From Caecitellus pseudoparvulus (taxonomy: Eukaryota > Protista > Bigyra: Bicosoecida), in NCBI GenBank assembly GCA_965644315.1, contig CBFFRQ010000164.1, positions 1 through 52,230 on the forward strand: a DNA stretch of 52,230 nt. Reading direction: 5' to 3'. How positions within the stretch are numbered: position 1 is the first letter of the stretch; every line of letters starts with the position of its first letter. Below are positions 27,001 through 39,000 of this stretch, piece by piece. Under the pieces are notes generated by a model, which did not search any database, was not told the DNA's origin, and saw only the letters and a program-made list of their open reading frames with translations. The translations under genes were made by a program, and so were the position numbers.

Positions 27001-27716
27001 TCGCTCGATTTGGAGTTACGCGAGTGGCGTTTCATGCGGAACGGCCACTCGCATGGCACTCCGCTCCGATGTCAGCAGAGAAAGCTCTACGCACACCATG
27101 GTTATATGTTTCACCCAGATTAGGGTTCGGATTAAAAAAGGTACGGCGCCTGTGCAACGAAAATGCGGCATGAGGTCCGTAAAGCAGCTCGTCGCTGTTG
27201 CGAACGACACCATCAGGCACTGCCTGCAGTGGCTTACCACCCGATCACAGCCGTAAATTCGACGGTGTAGTCTGTGACAGAAGATCCAACATGTTGCCAT
27301 GAAATTTTACCGAACCTGTGGAGGATTCAGCCGCGTAGTGCAGGGCGCAGGGCGCAGAAACGGGGCAAAGTTGATGGACGACGCCTTCACTGAGCTCAAG
27401 CGACTTGTTGGAGCAAACAGTTGCGGTATGCAGGCGAGGCTAGTTGTAAACGGGACGAATGATCAAGGTTGCGTTGGGGTGCTTCAAGGCGCCCGCGGGA
27501 GCGTGGCCCAAACACGCATTGTCGGTGCTGAGCTGATGAAACGTGCAGGAGCCGCCGCACGCACCTCCAGTGAGTGCCCTCCACAAGAGCACTCAGGGTC
27601 AGCACCAGGCCAGCCCATGCCCACACACTTCGAAGGCAAGTCCCGCCTTGCCAAGGCTTGTGTGCGGTCCTTGCGAGCAGAGCCCCTCCGGCTTCGGCCA
27701 CCGCCGGGCCGTGCAT
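1..27716 (-). CDS. Giant secreted/cell-surface adhesin-like protein: Sib-like N-terminus, Cys-rich segment, cadherin/He_PIG-like and IPT/TIG-like modules, then >=24 tandem 326-aa beta-sandwich repeats; 3' end outside the window
   Basis: Reconstructed exons 27716-27565, 27315-27238, 27149-27095, 26955-26757 and 26686-<1 join in frame through GT-AG introns. They give a hydrophobic signal-like stretch (VWAWAGLVLTLSALVEG), then THWRFGKISW...VEFTAVIGWRRTFF...FQMGDG...FYVSYSACCRLTNLANGASGSWNLWTEVDL...NSCPTTSQVPI...AAIDFLVEI, which continues into ORF 19326..26771 and the repeat frame. The start ATG at 27716 is the nearest in-frame Met upstream of the hydrophobic stretch (inferred). The frame is interrupted only at eight C6 homopolymer sites. 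Confidence 0.8.
14954..15307. repeat. 177-bp (59-aa) in-frame internal tandem duplication inside one 978-bp unit
   Basis: At 15130/15131, 'ccctgacgtc' is followed by 'gccacctcca' instead of 'gtcgtgtacg'. Positions 14954-15130 are repeated as 15131-15307, with one synonymous difference (gcgctgccg vs gcgctcccg). Confidence 0.95.
26687..26756 (-). other. Spliceosomal intron 4 of the giant adhesin gene (70 bp, phase 1)
   Basis: Donor GCCA|GTGAGT and acceptor CCTTTCCCGTACAG|GC. Joins the ...NLANGA frame to the SGSWNLWTEV frame. Confidence 0.85.
26956..27094 (-). other. Spliceosomal intron 3 (139 bp, phase 0)
   Basis: Donor GGT|GTGCGT and acceptor TTGCACAG|GGA with a pyrimidine-rich tract. Gives ...YNHG-GNFQMGDG. 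Confidence 0.8.
27150..27237 (-). other. Spliceosomal intron 2 (88 bp, phase 2)
   Basis: Donor TG|GTAAGC and acceptor TTTTCGTTGCACAG|G. Gives ...AVIGW-RRTFF. Confidence 0.8.
27316..27564 (-). other. Spliceosomal intron 1 (249 bp, phase 2)
   Basis: Donor AG|GTGCGT and acceptor CCTCCACAG|G. Splicing creates THWR-FGKISW immediately after the signal-like stretch. Confidence 0.8.
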
Positions 27717-30050
27717 GGTCTGAAAAGCAGCGGTGAGCCTCAATTGGCACAGCAGAGTTCGATGACCACAGACCACTCGAGAAAGGAAGGGAGTCAAGAA
27801 GTTCTGAGGTGGTGTTGTGCCAGAGAGAAGAGTTGTGTACATGACCATAAATTGCGGGGCAGCACTTGCTTCTTGCCAGAACGCTTGGTGACACGCGGTG
27901 TGTCATGCAACTCTCCACGCCAGCTGGGCGGCAGGGCTGCCTGAACTCCTGCGCGTGTCTGACGTTCGTTAAACTTGAGCAGACTTGATGAACCCTCTCT
28001 TTTCGACCCAAGGCACCTGACGGGGGATCCGCATCGCATCAGCACATAACTCTGCCCACTATGTCCTCGACAGGGGGATGCACAAACCGACACAGTCTCT
28101 GCAAGGGCTGCGCAAGGAAGCGTACTGTGAACAGCATTGACAAGGCTGATGAGGATCCCTATTCGTGACTGCCTGCACCCGTGCTTGAACGTGAGACGTG
28201 TGGCGCAAGACGCTGAAGATGAACCACATGCTTTAGGCCACAGCAGGCGCACAAAATGTGCAGACAGGAGAGGAGGAGGACTGAGCATGTACAGACAAGC
28301 CCATACACGCTCGAATCCGCGAAAGTGGGCGCCAATACTCAAGAAAGAGGGGAATCAAGGAACCAGCCCTTCAAGCACGAAGGCGAGCGTGCTCCACTGC
28401 CTGGACAAACCGCTTCGTTCAAACGAGTGGCACCTCCCCCAAGCACTGAACGCATGTACCTTAATTGGTCTACCTGCCCTGTTGATTGCTCTCGCTCGTT
28501 TGGTCGGCTCAGTGCATAGCGTCACACCACATGGAAACCGTGCCCCTCAATTTCCGCAAACTGGGACCGTGAAGCTCCCTTCTACAGTGCGCCATGCGCC
28601 ACAGGAGAAAGCACAACACACTATCTCTACCTAATGCCACTTGTTGCCTTCAGCTGCGAGGTATGCTCTTGCGCAAGCACTCCCTCATGGCAGGCAAGTA
28701 CGGGGAGGTCAGTGCACTCAATCATGCTCATGGTCGGACTTCTTCAGACTCGAAAGAAATGCAAGATCCCTAAAGTCTACACTGGAAGCTTGTCCGATGC
28801 GAGAGAAGGTATTGTTGGTGCGCCTATGGTGGTTTTTATCACTATTCTGTCCCTGGCTTTCTCTCTGAGCTCAGGTACCTCCCTCCTCATCAAGCCATGA
28901 CAGCTTGGCCTGAGCGAGCCCGACACTGTAAGTGAGCAATCAAAGCGTCATCATCTAGAGATCCACACACGCACAAAACCATCAATACTTAGAACGTCAC
29001 ACCAAGTTCTGATCTCTGCAGACTCCCTTAGTCTCCTGGGCTTCCGATCGGGCAACCGAAGCTCTGGTTCATCGTCAATTTCCGCAGCAGTGCCAGGCTG
29101 CGAATCCCCCACTTCGGCTTCCCTCGGCATACGGGGAGTGCCATGCTTGGGAACCAAGAGAGCTATATAAGCTCTTGGGAAATCATTCGAAAAGCTCGTT
29201 GAATGCCTCTAGCCTTGTGGCAGAAATGCTGGGCCTCGTGGCAGGGCTTCCGCCGTGTGTGTGGGGTGAACCCATTTCGCGTGCCAATCACCGCTTTTCA
29301 TCGAGCCTATGGTACTCCACACTTGCAGACGAGTGAGTCTTGCTGCTAGAGGTCTATGAGCTGGGCGGAATTTTCGGGTGTAGGGTTCCCTGGCGTCGGC
29401 AAGTCTCGCTCCACGGGGCACACATCTCCTGAGCGCACTGTGACGTGCTGCTGGGCATTGTGTTTTGGCGGGGGACGCGCGCGTGGCAACACCTGTGTCT
29501 ATCCGTCAAGGTATAGAAGGAGTCTCTCTCTTCTTGCTTGACTCAGGGTTCCTCTCTCTTGAACTCCAGGCGTCCACGGGGTGCAAGCTGCAGTGAAGGT
29601 ACGCCTTCGAATCCAAGGGTGTGCCTGCAAGCAGCTTTGCGTTGAGTCCTTGCAAACTAGGCCCAGATAATACACACAGTGGTAATCAAGGCGTGCTTTC
29701 ACAGCAAGCCGCGCACCAACGGCCGATGGAGGTTCGAGTTGGCAGAAGCTGCGAGAAGTGCCACCATCACCAGGGCTGCCCTGCCACGCTGGAGGACGCA
29801 GGTCAGCAAAATCGACACGTGAAGGAATTGATCGGTATCATAAACTGCATGTTATGGTCCAGAAGCTTGCCTTGATTGTACCTCTTCCACTGGCAACCGG
29901 AAGCCAGTCACGGTTCCAACCCAGCCTTCGGCCCCACGAAACGCTGCCCTGCCCCACCCACGCCCGCGGGCGGGGCTTGTGGCGCGGTCTGCCTGCAGCA
30001 GCTTGGCCACACCCCGTGGTTCTGGAACTGTTATCCGCTATTGGGCGCCG

Positions 30051-33000
30051 ATGAGGTTTCCCCTGGCCTTGCTCATGGTGGCGTCGCTCGCTGTTTGCCA
30101 AGAGGCCACCGGGGGCATGGGCAGGGACACCCGCTCCACGCATGTGCCGAGCCTCTCATCTGCGTCAGGCCGGCCGCTGCAGCGAGGAAATGCTCATTCT
30201 ATGAGGCAAATGTCATCCCTAAAGAGACCACTTTTGAGCTGGGACACAGGTCGACGTCGACATGAAAGGACTGGAGCAAGAGCACCTAGGCCAGAGAGCG
30301 GGAGGAAACCTGGGCCCGGCCAACCCGCAGCAGCAGTTCCATCTCTCACGCCCTCGTCAGCCACGCGAACCAGCGCCTCGAAAAGAAGGTCACAAAAAAA
30401 GAAAACAGAAGGAGGCACAGATCAACCTACACATTTCAAACTGATTGAAAATCATCATAAACGACAACTCGCAGCATCGCCTTCTACCACCGCCAGCTGC
30501 ACGCCGAGTGTGAGCGGCACGGCGACGTCGAGCGTGAGCGGCACGCCGAGTGTGAGCGGTACGGCGACGTCGAGCGTGAGCGGCACGCCGAGTGTGAGCG
30601 GCACGGCGACGTCCAGCGTGAGCGGGACGCCGAGTGTGAGCGGCACGGCGACGTCCAGCGTGAGCGGGACCCCGAGTGTGAGCGGCACGGCGACGTCTAG
30701 CGTGAGCGGCACGCCGAGTGTGAGCGGCACGGCGACGTCCAGCGTGAGCGGGACGCCGAGTGTGAGCGGCACGGCGACGTCCAGCGTGAGCGGCACGCCG
30801 AGTGTGAGCGGCACGGCAACGTCTAGCGTGAGCGGCACGCCGAGTGTGAGCGGCACGGCGACGTCCAGCGTGAGCGGCACGCCGAGTGTGAGCGGCACGG
30901 CGACGTCCAGCGTGAGCGGGACGCCGAGTGTGAGCGGCACGGCGACGTCTAGCGTGAGCGGCACGCCGAGTGTGAGCGGCACGGCGACGTCCAGCGTGAG
31001 CGGCACGCCGAGTGTGAGCGGCACGGCGACGTCTAGCGTGAGCGGGACGCCGAGTGTGAGCGGCACGGCGACGTCCAGCGTGAGCGGCACGCCGAGTGTG
31101 AGCGGCACGGCGACGTCCAGCGTGAGCGGCACGCCGAGTGTGAGCGGCACGGCGACGTCTAGCGTGAGCGGGACGCCGAGTGTGAGCGGCACGGCAACGT
31201 CCAGCGTGAGCGGCACGCCGAGTGTGAGCGGCACGGCGACGTCCAGCGTGAGCGGGACGCCGAGTGTGAGCGGCACGGCGACGTCTAGCGTGAGCGGGAC
31301 GCCGAGTGTGAGCGGCACGGCGACGTCCAGCGTGAGCGGGACGCCGAGTGTGAGCGGCACGGCGACGTCCAGCGTGAGCGGCACGCCGAGTGTGAGCGGC
31401 ACGGCGACGTCCAGCGTGAGCGGGACGCCGAGTGTGAGCGGCACGGCGACGTCCAGCGTGAGCGGCACGCCGAGTGTGAGCGGCACGGCGACGTCCAGCG
31501 TGAGCGGGACGCCGAGTGTGAGCGGCACGGCGACGTCCAGCGTGAGCGGGACGCCGAGTGTGAGCGGCACGGCGACGTCCAGCGTGAGCGGCATGCCGAG
31601 TGTGAGCGGCACGGCGACGTCCAGCGTGAGCGGGACGCCGAGTGTGAGCGGCACGGCGACGTCCAGCGTGAGCGGCACGCCGAGTGTGAGCGGCACGGCG
31701 ACGTCTAGCGTGAGCGGGACGCCGAGTGTGAGCGGCACGGCGACGTCCAGCGTGAGCGGGACGCCGAGTGTGAGCGGCACGGCGACGTCCAGCGTGAGTG
31801 GGACGCCGAGTGTGAGCGGCATGGCGACGTCCAGCGTGAGCGGGACGCCGAGTGTGAGCGGCACGGCGACGTCCAGCGTGAGCGGGACGCCGAGTGTGAG
31901 CGGCACGGCGACGTCTAGCGTGAGCGGCACGCCGAGTGTGAGCGGCACGGCGACGTCCAGCGTGAGCGGCACGCCGAGTGTGAGCGGCACGGCGACGTCC
32001 AGCGTGAGTGGGACGCCGAGTGTGAGCGGCACGGCGACGTCCAGCGTGAGCGGCACGCCGAGTGTGAGCGGCACGGCGACGTCCAGCGTGAGCGGCACGC
32101 CGAGTGTGAGCGGCACGGCGACGTCCAGCGTGAGCGGGACGCCGAGTGTGAGCGGCACGGCAACGTCCAGCGTGAGCGGCACGCCGAGTGTGAGCGGCAC
32201 GGCGACGTCCAGCGTGAGTGGGACGCCGAGTGTGAGCGGCACGGCGACGTCTAGCGTGAGCGGGACGCCGAGTGTGAGCGGCACGGCGACGTCCAGCGTG
32301 AGCGGCACGCCGAGTGTGAGCGGCACGGCGACGTCCAGCGTGAGCGGCACGCCGAGTGTGAGCGGCACGGCGACGTCCAGCGTGAGCGGCACGCCGAGTG
32401 TGAGCGGCACGGCGACGTCCAGCGTGAGCGGGACGCCGAGTGTGAGCGGCACGGCGACGTCCAGCGTGAGCGGCACGCCGAGTGTGAGCGGCACGGCGAC
32501 GTCCAGCGTGAGCGGGACGCCGAGTGTGAGCGGCACGGCGACGTCCAGCGTGAGCGGCACGCCGAGTGTGAGCGGCACGGCGACGTCTAGCGTGAGCGGC
32601 ACGCCGAGTGTGAGCGGCACGGCGACGTCTAGCGTGAGCGGCACGCCGAGTGTGAGCGGCACGGCGACGTCCAGCGTGAGTGGGACGCCGAGTGTGAGCG
32701 GCACGGCGACGTCCAGCGTGAGCGGCACGCCGAGTGTGAGCGGCACGGCGACGTCCAGCGTGAGCGGGACGCCGAGTGTGAGCGGCACGGCGACGTCCAG
32801 CGTGAGCGGGACGCCGAGTGTGAGCGGCACGGCGACGTCCAGCGTGAGCGGGACGCCGAGTGTGAGCGGCACGGCGACGTCCAGCGTGAGCGGGACGCCG
32901 AGTGTGAGCGGCACGGCGACGTCCAGCGTGAGCGGCACGCCGAGTGTGAGCGGCACGGCGACGTCCAGCGTGAGCGGGACGCCGAGTGTGAGCGGCACGG

Positions 33001-36000
33001 CGACGTCCAGCGTGAGCGGCACGCCGAGTGTGAGCGGCACGGCGACGTCCAGCGTGAGCGGCACGCCGAGTGTGAGCGGCACGGCGACGTCCAGCGTGAG
33101 CGGCACGCCGAGTGTGAGCGGCACGGCGACGTCTAGCGTGAGCGGGACGCCGAGTGTGAGCGGCACGGCGACGTCCAGCGTGAGCGGGACGCCGAGTGTG
33201 AGCGGCACGGCGACGTCCAGCGTGAGCGGCACGCCGAGTGTGAGCGGCACGGCGACGTCCAGCGTGAGCGGCACGCCGAGTGTGAGCGGCACGGCGACGT
33301 CCAGCGTGAGCGGGACGCCGAGTGTGAGCGGCACGGCGACGTCCAGCGTGAGCGGGACGCCGAGTGTGAGCGGCACGGCGACGTCCAGCGTGAGCGGGAC
33401 GCCGAGTGTGAGCGGCACGGCGACGTCCAGCGTGAGCGGCACGCCGAGTGTGAGCGGCACGGCGACGTCCAGCGTGAGCGGCACGCCGAGTGTGAGCGGC
33501 ACGGCGACGTCTAGCGTGAGCGGGACGCCGAGTGTGAGCGGCACGGCGACGTCCAGCGTGAGCGGGACGCCGAGTGTGAGCGGCACGGCGACGTCTAGCG
33601 TGAGCGGCACGCCGAGTGTGAGCGGCACGGCGACGTCCAGCGTGAGCGGCACGCCGAGTGTGAGCGGCACGGCGACGTCTAGCGTGAGCGGGACGCCGAG
33701 TGTGAGCGGCACGGCGACGTCCAGCGTGAGCGGGACGCCGAGTGTGAGCGGCACGGCGACGTCCAGCGTGAGCGGGACGCCGAGTGTGAGCGGCACGGCG
33801 ACGTCCAGCGTGAGCGGGACGCCGAGTGTGAGCGGCACGGCGACGTCCAGCGTGAGCGGGACGCCGAGTGTGAGCGGCACGGCGACGTCTAGCGTGAGCG
33901 GCACGCCGAGTGTGAGCGGCACGGCGACGTCCAGCGTGAGCGGCACGCCGAGTGTGAGCGGCACGGCGACGTCCAGCGTGAGCGGCACGCCGAGTGTGAG
34001 CGGCACGGCGACGTCTAGCGTGAGCGGCACGCCCAGTGTGAGCGGCACGGCGACGTCTAGCGTGAGCGGCACGCCGAGTGTGAGCGGCACGGCGACGTCC
34101 AGCGTGAGCGGGACGCCGAGTGTGAGCGGCACGGCGACGTCCAGCGTGAGCGGGACGCCGAGTGTGAGCGGCACGGCGACGTCTAGCGTGAGCGGCACGC
34201 CGAGTGTGAGCGGCACGGCGACGTCCAGCGTGAGCGGCACGCCGAGTGTGAGCGGCACGGCGACGTCTAGCGTGAGCGGGACGCCGAGTGTGAGCGGCAC
34301 GGCGACGTCCAGCGTGAGCGGGACGCCGAGTGTGAGCGGCACGGCGACGTCCAGCGTGAGCGGCACGCCGAGTGTGAGCGGCACGGCGACGTCTAGCGTG
34401 AGCGGGACGCCGAGTGTGAGCGGCACGGCGACGTCCAGCGTGAGCGGCACGCCGAGTGTGAGCGGCACGGCGACGTCTAGCGTGAGCGGGACGCCGAGTG
34501 TGAGCGGCACGGCGACGTCTAGCGTGAGCGGGACGCCGAGTGTGAGCGGCACGGCGACGTCTAGCGTGAGCGGGACGCCGAGTGTGAGCGGCACGGCGAC
34601 GTCCAGCGTGAGCGGCACGCCGAGTGTGAGCGGCACGGCGACGTCTAGCGTGAGCGGCACGCCGAGTGTGAGCGGCACGGCGACGTCCAGCGTGAGCGGC
34701 ACGCCGAGTGTGAGCGGCACGGCGACGTCCAGCGTGAGCGGGACGCCGAGTGTGAGCGGCACGGCGACGTCTAGCGTGAGTGGGACGCCGAGTGTGAGCG
34801 GCACGGCGACGTCCAGCGTGAGCGGCACGCCGAGTGTGAGCGGCACGGCGACGTCCAGCGTGAGCGGGACGCCGAGTGTGAGCGGCACGGCGACGTCCAG
34901 CGTGAGCGGCACGCCGAGTGTGAGCGGCACGGCGACGTCCAGCGTGAGCGGCACGCCGAGTGTGAGCGGCACGGCAACGTCCAGCGTGAGCGGCACGCCG
35001 AGTGTGAGCGGCACGGCGACGTCCAGCGTGAGCGGCACGCCGAGTGTGAGCGGCACGGCGACGTCCAGCGTGAGCGGGACGCCGAGTGTGAGCGGCACGG
35101 CGACGTCTAGCGTGAGTGGGACGCCGAGTGTGAGCGGCACGGCGACGTCTAGCGTGAGCGGGACGCCGAGTGTGAGCGGCACGGCGACGTCTAGCGTGAG
35201 CGGCACGCCGAGTGTGAGCGGCACGGCGACGTCCAGCGTGAGCGGCACGCCGAGTGTGAGCGGCACGGCGACGTCCAGCGTGAGCGGGACGCCGAGTGTG
35301 AGCGGCACGGCGACGTCCAGCGTGAGCGGGACGCCGAGTGTGAGCGGCACGGCGACGTCCAGCGTGAGCGGCACGCCGAGTGTGAGCGGCACGGCGACGT
35401 CTAGCGTGAGCGGCACGCCCAGTGTGAGCGGCACGGCGACGTCCAGCGTGAGCGGCACACCGAGTGTGAGCGGCACGGCGACGTCTAGCGTGAGCGGGAC
35501 GCCGAGTGTGAGCGGCACGGCGACGTCCAGCGTGAGCGGGACGCCGAGTGTGAGCGGCACGGCGACGTCTAGCATGAGCGGGACGCCCAGTGTGAGCGGC
35601 ACGGCGACGTCCAGCGTGAGCGGGACGCCGAGTGTGAGCGGCACGGCGACGTCCAGCGTGAGCGGCACGCCGAGTGTGAGCGGCACGGCGACGTCCAGCG
35701 TGAGCGGGACGCCGAGTGTGAGCGGCACGGCGACGTCCAGCGTGAGCGGGACGCCGAGTGTGAGCGGCACGGCGACGTCCAGCGTGAGCGGCACGCCGAG
35801 TGTGAGCGGCACGGCGACGTCCAGCGTGAGCGGCACGCCGAGTGTGAGCGGCACGGCGACGTCCAGCGTGAGCGGCACACCGAGTGTGAGCGGCACGGCG
35901 ACGTCTAGCGTGAGCGGGACGCCGAGTGTGAGCGGCACGGCGACGTCTAGCGTGAGCGGCACGCCGAGTGTGAGCGGCACGGCGACGTCCAGCGTGAGCG

Positions 36001-39000
36001 GGACGCCGAGTGTGAGCGGCACGGCGACGTCTAGCATGAGCGGGACGCCCAGTGTGAGCGGCACGGCGACGTCCAGCGTGAGCGGGACGCCGAGTGTGAG
36101 CGGCACGGCGACGTCCAGCGTGAGCGGGACGCCGAGTGTGAGCGGCACGGCGACGTCCAGCGTGAGCGGGACGCCGAGTGTGAGCGGCACGGCGACGTCC
36201 AGCGTGAGCGGGACGCCGAGTGTGAGCGGCACGGCGACGTCTAGCGTGAGCGGCACGCCGAGTGTGAGCGGCACGGCGACGTCTAGCGTGAGCGGCACGC
36301 CGAGTGTGAGCGGCGGCACGGCGACGTCTAGCGTGAGCGGCACGCCGAGTGTGAGCGGCACGGCGACGTCCAGCGTGAGCGGCACGCCGAGTGTGAGCGG
36401 CACGGCGACGTCCGGCGTGAGCGGCACGCCGAGTGTGAGCGGCACGGCGACGTCCAGCGTGAGCGGGACGCCGAGTGTGAGCGGCACGGCGACGTCCAGC
36501 GTGAGCGGCACGCCGAGTGTGAGCGGCACGGCGACGTCTAGCGTGAGCGGGACGCCGAGTGTGAGCGGCACGGCGACGTCTAGCGTGAGCGGCACGCCGA
36601 GTGTGAGCGGCACGGCGACGTCTAGCGTGAGCGGCACGCCGAGTGTGAGCGGCACGGCGACGTCTAGCGTGAGCGGCACGCCGAGTGTGAGCGGCACGGC
36701 GACGTCTAGCGTGAGCGGCACGCCGAGTGTGAGCGGCACGGCGACGTCCAGCGTGAGCGGCACGCCGAGTGTGAGCGGCACGGCGACGTCCAGCGTGAGC
36801 GGCACGCCGAGTGTGAGCGGCACGGCGACGTCCAGCGTGAGCGGGACGCCGAGTGTGAGCGGCACGGCGACGTCCAGCGTGAGCGGCACGCCGAGTGTGA
36901 GCGGCACGGCGACGTCTAGCGTGAGCGGCACGCCGAGTGTGAGCGGCACGGCGACGTCTAGCGTGAGCGGCACGCCGAGTGTGAGCGGCACGGCGACGTC
37001 TAGCGTGAGCGGCACGCCGAGTGTGAGCGGCACGGCGACGTCTAGCGTGAGCGGCACGCCGAGTGTGAGCGGCACGGCGACGTCCAGCGTGAGCGGCACG
37101 CCGAGTGTGAGCGGCACGGCGACGTCCAGCGTGAGCGGCACGCCGAGTGTGAGCGGCACGGCGACGTCTAGCGTGAGCGGCACGCCGAGTGTGAGCGGCA
37201 CGGCGACGTCCAGCGTGAGCGGCACGCCGAGTGTGAGCGGCACGGCGACGTCCAGCGTGAGCGGCACGCCGAGTGTGAGCGGCACGGCGACGTCTAGCGT
37301 GAGCGGGACGCCGAGTGTGAGCGGCACGGCGACGTCTAGCGTGAGTGGGACGCCGAGTGTGAGCGGCACGGCGACGTCCAGCGTGAGCGACACGCCGAGT
37401 GTGAGCGGCACGGCGACGTCCAGCGTGAGCGGCACGCCGAGTGTGAGCGGCACGGCGACGTCCGGCGTGAGCGGCACGCCGAGTGTGAGCGGCACGGCGA
37501 CGTCCAGCGTGAGCGGCACGCCGAGTGTGAGCGGCACGGCGACGTCCAGCGTGAGCGGCACGCCGAGTGTGAGCGGCACGGCGACGTCTAGCGTGAGCGG
37601 GACGCCGAGTGTGAGCGGCACGGCGACGTCCAGCGTGAGCGGCACGCCGAGTGTGAGCGGCACGGCGACGTCTAGCGTGAGCGGCACGCCGAGTGTGAGC
37701 GGCACGGCGACGTCTAGCGTGAGCGGCACGCCGAGTGTGAGCGGCACGGCGACGTCTAGCGTGAGCGGCACGCCGAGTGTGAGCGGCACGGCGACGTCCA
37801 GCGTGAGCGGGACGCCGAGTGTGAGCGGCACGGCGACGTCTAGCGTGAGCGGCACGCCGAGTGTGAGCGGCACGGCGACGTCCAGCGTGAGCGGCACGCC
37901 GAGTGTGAGCGGCACGGCGACGTCTAGCGTGAGTGGCACGCCGAGTGTGAGCGGCACGGCGACGTCCAGCGTGAGCGGCACGCCGAGTGTGAGCGGCACG
38001 GCGACGTCCAGCGTGAGCGGCACGCCGAGTGTGAGCGGCACGGCGACGTCTAGCGTGAGCGGGACGCCGAGTGTGAGCGGCACGGCGACGTCCAGCGTGA
38101 GCGGCACGCCGAGTGTGAGCGGCACGGCGACGTCCAGCGTGAGCGGCACGCCGAGTGTGAGCGGCACGGCGACGTCCAGCGTGAGCGGGACGCCGAGTGT
38201 GAGCGGCACGGCGACGTCCAGCGTGAGCGGCACGCCGAGTGTGAGCGGCACGGCGACGTCCAGCGTGAGCGGGACGCCGAGTGTGAGCGGCACGGCGACG
38301 TCCAGCGTGAGCGGCACGCCGAGTGTGAGCGGCACGGCGACGTCCAGCGTGAGCGGCACGCCGAGTGTGAGCGGCACGGCGACGTCCAGCGTGAGCGGGA
38401 CGCCGAGTGTGAGCGGCACGGCGACGTCCAGCGTGAGCGGCACGCCGAGTGTGAGCGGCACGGCGACGTCCAGCGTGAGCGGCACGCCGAGTGTGAGCGG
38501 CACGGCGACGTCCAGCGTGAGCGGGACGCCGAGTGTGAGCGGCACGGCGACGTCCAGCGTGAGCGGGACGCCGAGTGTGAGCGGCACGGCGACGTCCAGC
38601 GTGAGCGGGACGCCGAGTGTGAGCGGCACGGCGACGTCTAGCGTGAGCGGGACGCCGAGTGTGAGCGGCACGGCGACGTCCAGCGTGAGCGGCACGCCGA
38701 GTGTGAGCGGCACGGCGACGTCCAGCGTGAGCGGCACGCCGAGTGTGAGCGGCACGGCGACGTCCAGCGTGAGCGGGACGCCGAGTGTGAGCGGCACGGC
38801 GACGTCCAGCGTGAGCGGCACGCCGAGTGTGAGCGGCACGGCGACGTCTAGCGTGAGCGGGACGCCGAGTGTGAGCGGCACGGCGACGTCCAGCGTGAGC
38901 GGCACGCCGAGTGTGAGCGGCACGGCGACGTCCAGCGTGAGCGGCACGCCGAGTGTGAGCGGCACGGCGACGTCTAGCGTGAGCGGCACGCCGAGTGTGA

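Noticed and set aside
27120-27127. Internal TTAGGGTT (and GTTTAGG at ~47511)
   Set aside because: Single hexamer-scale matches are expected by chance. The first is coding (NPN) in exon 3.
27717-30050. Short 60-180 aa ORFs in the divergent spacer
   Set aside because: No recognisable motifs, overlapping on both strands, and no convincing splice model. A small spliced gene cannot be fully excluded.
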